A stretch of 64,000 nt of DNA from an uncultured delta proteobacterium (GTDB taxonomy: Bacteria > Desulfobacterota > Syntrophobacteria > Syntrophobacterales > Syntrophobacteraceae). The notes under the pieces are model-generated. The model saw only the letters and a list, made by a program, of their open reading frames with translations. It made no database searches and was not told where the DNA came from. Location of the stretch: contig CAWEHK010000028.1 of assembly GCA_963808625.1 (NCBI GenBank), forward strand, positions 12,625-76,624, read 5' to 3'. Below, one piece after another: positions 55,967 to 64,000 of the stretch (position 1 is the first letter of the stretch; every line of letters starts with the position of its first letter). Position numbers and translations under genes: made by a program.

Positions 55967-58900
55967 ATGACCACTTTCAAGCCTCCGCTGAAACTTCTTC
56001 TCCCTCTTGCTACACAACCTGAAGAAGGCGTGAGCGGGACGCTGCCGCGCGTGCTGGCCCACCCGTCCAGCCGCGGCGAAGGCGGCGGGGCTTTGGGCCT
56101 TTTGCCGAATGTGAAGCCGCTCAAGACGTGGCCGTTGGCCCAGGCCAGCCGTAGCGGAGATGCTCCGGCGCACAAGGAAACCGCGGCCGATCGCAGGTTG
56201 CTGGCGCTGGAGGCGGGCGACGGGACGGCGATCTTTATCCGTGCCGATGCGCTGGCCGAGCGGGTGGCGCGGGTACGGCCGGAGGCGGTGGCGGGCGAGG
56301 CGGTCGATTTGGCAAAATTCCGCGATCCGGAGGCAACGAGCCGAGGGCTTGGGGACTGGTTGTGGAGGCAGGTTACGGAATTGCAACTCGAGCCGGACGA
56401 GATTACCGATCTCGCGAAGCAGAAGCTGGGCGACTGGCTTAAGGATGTGGCGCTGGGCAAGCTGGAGGATGCCGCGGTGATGGCGGCCTCGACTTGGGGC
56501 GCCAAGGCGCTGATGGAAGCGATCGAGGAAAGGCTGGCGGGCGAGCCGGGGCTTTACCAGTGGCAAGGCGGCGTTTTGCAGCCGCGCGACCTGTGCCGCG
56601 CCGGCGACGCGCGCCTGACCGGATGGTCGGGCAGGCCGGCGCTGGTCTTCATCCACGGCACTGGTTCGCACACCCTGGGCAGCTTCGGCGATCTGCCGGA
56701 CAGCGACGACTGGCGGGCCCTGGCCGCGATCTACGAGGACCGGGTGTTCGGTCTGGAGCATCGCACCTTCTCGCTGGGGCCGATCGACAACGCCCTGGCG
56801 CTGGCCGAGACTCTGCCCAAGGGAGCGACGATTCATCTCGTGACGCATTCGCGCGGCGGCCTGGTCGGCGATCTGCTTTGCCTGGGGGCACTCTCGGACG
56901 AAGTAGAACGGCTGATCGGTGAATTCCGTCGCGAACCCCCTCCGCACGAGGCCGAGCGCGAAGCCGGCGACGCGAGTGAGACGCTGAAAAAAGCACGCGA
57001 GAAGTTGTCGGCCGAGGAGCAGGATAAGCTGCGCAAGCTGGTCAAGCTGCTGGATGAGAAGGCGTTGAAGGTGGAGCGCTATGTCCGGGTCGCCTGTCCC
57101 GCGGCGGGTACGGCCTTGCTCTCGGATAACCTGGAGGTTTTTCTTTCCTGTTTACTGGAACTGGTGCGACGCGGCGGCGCCTGGGCGGCGGGTGCTGCGG
57201 CCGGGGCGCTGGCTGGCGCGGTGTCCGGCGGTATTGCCGGGCCGACAGCAGCCAGGCTGGCACGCGATGCCTTTGACCGTGGTTTGAAGCTGTTGGCGCG
57301 TGTCGTAGTGGAAATTGCCGACAAGCGGCTGGAGCCGCAATTGGTGCCCGGTATCGAGGCGATACTTCCGGAGTCGCCGATGGGGACATTCCTGGCCCGT
57401 GCGCCGCGTCGGCCCGGCGTAAGCATGGCCGTGATCGCCGGCGACATCGAAGGCGGCGGCATTCTTAAGCGCATCGTGGTGACGTTCACCGACTGGATGT
57501 TCTTCGACCGCGCCGACAACGATCTGGTGGTGGACACCGACTCTATGTATGCCGGCATTGCCGGCCGGGGAGGGCATGCCTTGTTTGATCAGGGCGCCGA
57601 GGTAAGCCACTTCGCCTACTTCCGCAACCGGCGTACGCGCAGTGCGCTGCGCGGCTGGCTCGAGGAGGCCGAGCCGCGCCGACTTCCGGAATGGACCGAG
57701 ATGGAAACGCCGCTGGCCGAGCGCGCGGCGCTGGCGCGCGGTATCGAGTCACCGCCGCTCGACAACAGTCGTCCCGTGGTAATCTTGCTGCCGGGCATCA
57801 TGGGTTCTCATCTGGAAATCGACCGCAAAGAAGCGGATAAGCCGGGCTCCGGCGACCGCGTCTGGCTCGACGCGATCGACCTGTCGCACGGCGGTCTGCG
57901 CAAGCTTGCCATCGACAAACCCGGCGTGCAACCGGTTGAGCTGGTCGACCTGGCTTACGGCAAGCTGGCCCGACATCTGGAAAAAACGCACCGGGTCATT
58001 TGCTTTGCCTACGACTGGCGTTTGGCCAACGAGCAGCAGGTGGAGCTTCTGGCAGAAGAGGTCCGAAAGGCGCTGAAGCGGCACCCCGACCAGCCCGTCC
58101 GCATCCTCGCCCACAGCATGGGCGGCCTGGTGGTGCGGGCGCTGAACGCCAGATATCCCGGAACTCTGGGAGGACATCGTCAGGCGCGACGGCGGCCGGC
58201 TGGTGATGCTCGGTACGCCCAACCACGGTTCGCACCTGATGGTGGAAACCTTGCTTGGCCGTTCGGACACGATCCGCCTGCTCGGCCGCATCGATTTGGG
58301 CAACAAGTTACAGACGGTGCTGAACATCGTGGCCGGCTTTCCCGGCGCTTTGCAGTTGCTGCCCCGACCGGGCTTCCGGGATGCCGGCGGCGACGCGGTG
58401 CGGGATTTCTTCGACCCGGCAGTCTGGCAGCAACTGGCGGAGCTCAACGATGACAGGTGGTTCGGCAAGGACCTTGGCGGTCGACCGGCGGAAGACGATC
58501 TTGGAAGAGCCAAAAAGTTCTGGGAGACACTGGCTGCGGCGCCGCCCCTCACTCATCCCGAGCGTATCGCCTACATCTATGGCCAGGCGGAGAACACGCC
58601 TTGCGGTCTGAAGATTCAGACCGATTCCAGCGGTAATCCGTGCGGTCTGATCATGCTTGGCACGCCGTATGGCGACGGTTCGGTGAGCTGGGCTTCCGGC
58701 AAAATGGACTGGCTACCCGACGAGCGCTGCTGGCTGATGCCTGTCGACCACACCGGTCTCGTCAATACGCCCGAATACTTCGACGAGCTCGAGGCGCTGC
58801 TGGCCACGGGCTGTGCCAGGCGCCTCGCCCGCCTGCCGGTGGCGCGCGGCGAAGCGGCGGCGCCGGTGCGCGAATACCAGGCCGGTCCGATGCCGGGTTA

Positions 58901-61900
58901 CCCGAGCGAGCGGGAATTGGTTGCCGCACTGGTCGGCGGCCATTCCCGGCCGCGCCGACAGAAGGCGAAGCGCGTCGAACTGAAGGTGCTGGTGCGGGCC
59001 GGCGATTTGCGCAGCCTGTCGATTCCCGTGCTGTGCGGGCATTACATCGGCGATCCCATCGCCGGCGCCGAATGGGTGATCGACCGCGATCAGGTGGGCG
59101 GAGCCTTGACCAAACGCGAGCGGCTGGGCGTGCATGCCGGCCCGCTCAGCACCGCCTCGGTGGTGTTGATGCCGCGCAGCCCGGAGGAAGTCCGGCGCGG
59201 TACCGGCAAGGGCGCGTTGATCGTCGGCCTGGGCGAATTCGGCGAGTTGAACGCCGGTGATGTACGCGAAACGGTTCGCGCTGGCGTGTTGCGTCTGCTG
59301 CTGCATGCCGGCGACCGGCAGATCGAGCAGGGCTCCGGGGAACAACCCGATGAGGCGACGCCGGAACTCCGTCTGGCGAGCGTGTTGATCGGCTACAATT
59401 CGACAACCACTATCTCGGTCGAAGATTCGGTCGCTGCCGTCACGCTGGGCGTCGCGGAAGCCAACCGGCAGTTTTCCGAAAGCGCCGGCGGACGCCCGCG
59501 GGTACAGGTCGGGAGCCTGGAATTCATCGAGCAGTACGAGGATGTGGCGATAACCGCCGCCCATGCCGTCCATGAGCTGCCAAGGAGCCAGGCACGGGCC
59601 CTCGGCGCCCTCGGGCTGCGGTTGACAGTAGCAGACGAACTGATCTACGGCGAAGGCGTGCGTCCGCGGCTGTCAGTGGGCACCGCCGAGCATTACTGGC
59701 CGCGCCTGATCGTGACCGACCACGACCGCAGCGAATCGGGCTGCCCACCCGAGTGCTATGAAGTGCGCATCGACTCGCCGATTCCCGAAGAGGCGCGGGC
59801 AGCACTACTGGCCGCCTATGGCTGCGACCGGAACAGGAAAAATGAGTCTGATGGTACAACCAGTCCCGCACCAGCTACCCCGGCATCGTCACCCGGACGC
59901 TATCCGAACAAGCTGAAATACCTCTTTCTGTCCGAGCGGGCGCGGGCCGAAACGGTGGTTCAACAGCGCCAGCCGGGGCTGATCGAAAAACTGGTGGCCG
60001 CCGAGACCTGGAACACCAGCTACAACGCCGAAAGCGCGATCGGCCGCACGCTGTTCCAGTTGCTGGTGCCGCTCGGCTTCAAGAGCACGGCTCGCGAGAC
60101 GAGCAACCTGATGTTGGTGCTCGATGCCTACACCGCCAATCTGCCTTGGGAAATGCTGATCGCCGAAAGCGAGCCGATGGTGCTCAGGACCCGGATGGTG
60201 CGCCAGCTGGCGACCCGAAATTTCCGCCAGGCGGTGAGCGGCACCCGCCAACACAGTGCCTACGTCGTATACAACCCATCGACCGAAGGCTACTATGCCG
60301 AGTTCGGCGGCAATCGCCCTCCAGTAAAAAAGGAGGACGATCATTTGGATCCCCTGAAAAACGCCGAGGAGGAAGGTGAGGCCGTCGCGGCTTTGCTCGA
60401 AGGAGCCGGCTACCATGTCGAACGCGCGCCGGCGGAGAGTCGCGCTGCCGACGTGATCGGCCGCCTGTTCAAGCAGCCCTACCGGGTGCTCGTGGTGGCG
60501 GCCCATGGCATGTTCCAGGTGACTGACCGGCAGGGTGTTGCCCGCAGCGGCGTGGTGCTGTCGGACGGCCTGATGCTGACCGCGGCCGAGGTTGAGCAAA
60601 TGGAGGTGGTGCCGGAGTTGGTCTTCCTCAGTTGCTGCCATCTCGGTGAGGTTAACGTGGCAGAGGGCTGGGCGCCGAACAAGCTGGCCTACAGCCTGGC
60701 GCGCGAATTGATCGAAATGGGCGTGCGCTGCGTCGTGGCCGCCGGATGGAAGGTCGATGACGGTGCGGCCAAGACCTTCGCGACCACCTTCTTCGAATTT
60801 TTTGTCAAGCGCAACGAAACGTTTGGCGAAGCCATCTTCCAGGCACGCCTTGCCTGCTATGACCGCCATCGGGAGTGCAATACCTGGGGAGCTTACCAGG
60901 CCTATGGCGATCCGGCCTTCACGCTCGGCCCGCGAGCCGAAGGCAAACCGGCCGATCAGACGGAGATGTCGCCGGCTGAACTGGTTGACTGGCTGGAAAC
61001 CCGTCGCTTGGAAGGCGGGCGCAAAAGCAGCGACAAGGGCGATTACAAAAAAGTGGCGGCGGAGGTGAAGCGGCGCCTGGCCGCGGCGCCCGCCCATTGG
61101 GCGGCACGCCCCGATGTGCTGACGGCTTTGGGCGCGTTGCATGGCGCCTTCGGCGAAGAAGGCTTCGCGGCGGCGTGCGAGGCCTACCTCTGCGCGATCT
61201 CGGCCGAGAGCGGCGCGGGCGGCAGCGCGCCGCTAGCCGCTATCGAACAACTGGCCAACCTCGAGGCCCGCAGCGCGGAAAAACTGGTCCGCCACCTGGT
61301 AGATGTCCAAACAAGGGAGACGAACCTCGCTGAAGCCAAGGAACGTGTCGAACAGGCGATAGCCCGAATGGAGAATCTGCTGGCGCTGGCCGGGAAGTCG
61401 GCCGTAACCAGGCCCAATACTGAGCGCTGGAGCATCCTCGGCAGCGCTCGCAAGACGATGGCCGTGGTCCTGCGCGAAGGCGGGAGAGGCTGGGACGAGA
61501 TTGAACCCTGGCTGGCAAGCGCCCGCGAGGCCTATTACAAGGGCGAAGGCGACCCCTCGGCGCCCGGCTTCGACCCTTACGGCATGATCAACCGGCTGCA
61601 GCTCGATGCGCTGCTGGGCAAGCCGCCAGCCGGCTTTGCCGAGTCGGTCGCGCTATGCCAGGCTGCGGCCCGGCGGCGGTTCGCGGAGAAATTCGAATTC
61701 TGGGATGCGGTCAAGACCGTCGATGCGGAAGTAGCCGGCTGGCTGGCCACAGGCGATGTAACGGCGAGCGCTGCGGCCGATACGGCGGCGAAATTCGCGG
61801 CTGCGTACCGGAGCGAGGTGGAAAAACTCGGTCCTGAACCGCGCCAGTTCGAATCAGTCATTCGTCAGATCGAGCTTCTGGCCGACATGTTCGCCGAAAA

Positions 61901-62114
61901 GGCAAAATCGGGCGCATCCCCGGCATCTGATCAAGTGCGCAACGACGTCCTGCGGCAAGTGGCCGGCCTCCTCAAGGCGCCCGGCCCGGGCAATACGGAA
62001 AAGGGCCGGCCTGATGTCGCAGAAACCGCAGCCACAGCCCCCGCCAGCGCTCCGCCAGCGAAAGCTGTGAAAAGCGAGAAGAAGAGACCGACCAACAGGA
62101 AGGCCAAACACTGA
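55967..62114 (+). CDS. Giant ~2050-aa protein: two alpha/beta-hydrolase (lipase-like) domains + M17-N/macro-like domain + CHAT protease + TPR (single frameshift near 58158)
   Basis: FIHGTGS/THSRGG; LPGIMGS/AHSMGG/GTPNHGS/GDGSV; CHAT LPWEML, AAHG, FLSCCH, AGWKVDD, WGAYQAYGDP; removing one base at 58157-60 gives continuous RYPELWEDIVRRDGGRLVMLGTP; AAGGAG RBS. Confidence 0.85.
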
Positions 62115-62340
62115 GCCCGAAGAATCCAGCGGCTTCGAGAGCGAAGCGGGAGAGGCGCACGTCAGGTGTCTTCCAGGCCACTAAACTCGTTTGTCCGATA
62201 GCGGCCGTCCGGGTTTCGGTAAGATCCAGGGCGGCGAGGCCGGCGTCCGGATTCTTGCCATCGGTGATGAAACTGTCTGCAAGGCGCCCGCTCACAGAAC
62301 GCAGGAAGTCACCGGCGTCAATGGTACGCGCAATCACGCA

Positions 62341-62527
62341 GGAAAATGCTGAGTGATGGCGGCGATGAATTCCTCGGCAGAAAAGATCTTGAAGTTCTTT
62401 TGTTGCCCCCATGGGTCATGGCCGAGCGGTAGAGGACTTTGCCGGTGTCCTCCAGGTAGGTAATCTTCTGTTCTGAGAAAGCGTTTCGCACGATATATTC
62501 CGCAAGTTGCCTGCTGTCACGGACATC
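62341..62527 (-). pseudogene. IS91-like (Y2 rolling-circle) transposase fragment
   Basis: [44 protein letters not shown] resembles the Y2_Tnp C-terminal region. Confidence 0.62.
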
Positions 62528-62529
62528 CA

Positions 62530-62790
<261 letters not shown>

Positions 62791-62791
<1 letters not shown>

Positions 62792-63029
62792 GGGGTCTAA
62801 AAAGTTCTTTCATCCCGTCACCCCGGCGAAGGCCGGGGTCCAGAAGGTCTTGAAATCCTGGATTCCGGCTTTCGCCGGAATCTTCCATGCAAGGGGCTTG
62901 CGCCCCGTTCAATGAAAGTAAAATTGGCATACAATTTGCTTAAAAAAATAGAATCTATAAATGATTGATTTGCCATGATAAATTTTTACTTTCGCCGGAA
63001 TGACGTAGGGGAACTTTTTGGACACGCTC
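62791..63029. mobile_element. 239-bp MITE with TAA target duplication carrying CCGGCGAAGGCCGG / CCGGCTTTCGCCGGAAT palindromes
   Basis: TAA at 62788-90 and 63030-32; TIRs GGGGGTCTAAAAAGTTC vs GAGCGTGTCCAAAAAGTTC. Confidence 0.65.
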
Positions 63030-63668
63030 TAAGCGTCGGTTCTCAACGGAGGCTTAACCGGCCATTGAATCCCATCCAGCTTCAAGGGCTGCAAGCCCTT
63101 GGCCTCAAACCAGCCATCTTTGCCGAGCAACCCAGGGCCGGATGACCACCACCGCGAGGTGGGCCTGAAAAATACCCACTATCCCATCAATTTGGGTGCG
63201 GAAGGTAAGCTCCCACTCACCACCACCGAGTTCTCCGCCTGGGCGCCCGGCATGGTATGACGGTGTCCTATTCTGTTGACAAAACTCTCATCAGCTGTAA
63301 TTTGGGCACACCGCAGGTAAAGACTATTTCTCCTTTCATCGCAAATCAGGCCCTGCGTTGAAGGATTTGATGAAATAATTTATCAAGATGCTGCCGACTT
63401 CTTTGCATCTGGACTGAGGGCTGCGAGCCTGGTCCGAGTCGGCCGCATGGCGGTAGTGGATGAAAGTATTCTCATCGGCTCAATCGGCGAAATCGCTTTA
63501 TTTCAAACCTATGCGAAAGAGACCGGACCGGCCGGCAATACAAGTTGAGCGATTAACGCAGGTGATGCGGTTGCCACTGAAGATTGAAATCCATGCCAGC
63601 GGAGCGAAGAGCCGCAGACGCTCCGACCGGACCCGGGATCGCTGGAGCGCGCAGCAGGGGGGAAAGAG

Positions 63669-63956
63669 ATGAAGAGAACGCAAAGGGAGGCTGGCGACCG
63701 CGCGGCTGATCTGGAAGAGTTGTGCGGAGATCCCATCGATGCGCATGGCGACGACGAGCAGCATCGACAACCGTCCGTTCCTGCGATGCCTCCACGGTTA
63801 AGGCTTGTGCCTCTGGCGCCTCTCGCGGCTTGAGGAAGCCAAGCGCCGTTTCGAACGGATGCTGTGGCTCAACCCCTCGGACAACCAGGGTGGCGCTTCC
63901 TGGTCGACGAGATGCGGGCGAAGACCGCCTGGGAAGACCACCAAAATAAGCGATGA
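63669..63956 (+). pseudogene. Internally deleted TPR-containing protein remnant
   Basis: DLEELCGDPIDAHGDDEQ joined out of frame to IDNRPFLRCLHG*GLCLWRL..EEAKRRFERMLWLNPSDNQG..FLVDEMRAKTAWED; in-frame TAA. Confidence 0.6.
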
Positions 63957-64000
63957 GGCGATGATCGCAATGACGAAGAAGCCGAACCGGAAACTGCAGG

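Noticed and set aside
5500..58165. Frameshifts in porB, fabH, SDR, methyltransferase, DUF1015, fadD, etfA, gspG, hisD, acyl-CoA dehydrogenase, Mo enzyme, tauE, SPFH and others as mass pseudogenisation or programmed frameshifting
   Set aside because: They are 1-2-base indels, often at short homopolymers, in conserved genes, several compensating, and without accompanying nonsense substitutions; this pattern fits long-read consensus error
62115..62340. Protein-like minus-strand segment (part of ORF 61972-62412)
   Set aside because: Probably another gene scrap, but no family recognised; the ORF is a chimera with the IS91 fragment and overlaps the CHAT gene end
63033..63260. Possible group II intron RT tail (minus strand GWFEAKGLQPL) or other gene fragment
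   Set aside because: No convincing intron domain V/VI structure; too short to assign

Overview
Chromosomal window from an anaerobic deltaproteobacterium (Desulfobacterota, Syntrophobacterales-like by gene content; this is an inference). About 1-52 kb is mostly housekeeping and metabolism: pilB, an IS1634 with TIRs and a 6-bp target duplication, porAB, fabH, SDR, fadD, etfBA, fur, mnmG, gspG, tRNA-Leu-tig-clpP-clpX-lon, hisS-aspS, a Re-citrate synthase-Cache fusion, rlpA-hisD and an acyl-CoA dehydrogenase. It also holds a sigma-54-flanked sulfur-type module (Tat-less molybdopterin enzyme, Fe-S protein, NAD(P)H flavoprotein, divergent TauE/SafE). Intergenic DNA is dense in heptamer tandem repeats, REP-like palindromes and MITEs. 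From about 52.6 kb the window is accessory. It carries a LexA-like HTH gene and an iGluR-like channel with a non-canonical filter. The top candidate for an undescribed system follows: a GC-rich co-oriented locus of metacaspase, deleted TIR gene and a giant (~2050 aa) protein with tandem alpha/beta-hydrolases, a macro-like domain, a CHAT protease and TPRs. After it come an IS91-like transposase scrap, an orphan 23S rRNA peptidyl-transferase-centre fragment and further pseudogene debris. Many ordinary genes carry single-base frameshifts, most likely long-read consensus errors, so split ORFs were joined by eye. All family calls come from motif recognition; no database searches were run.
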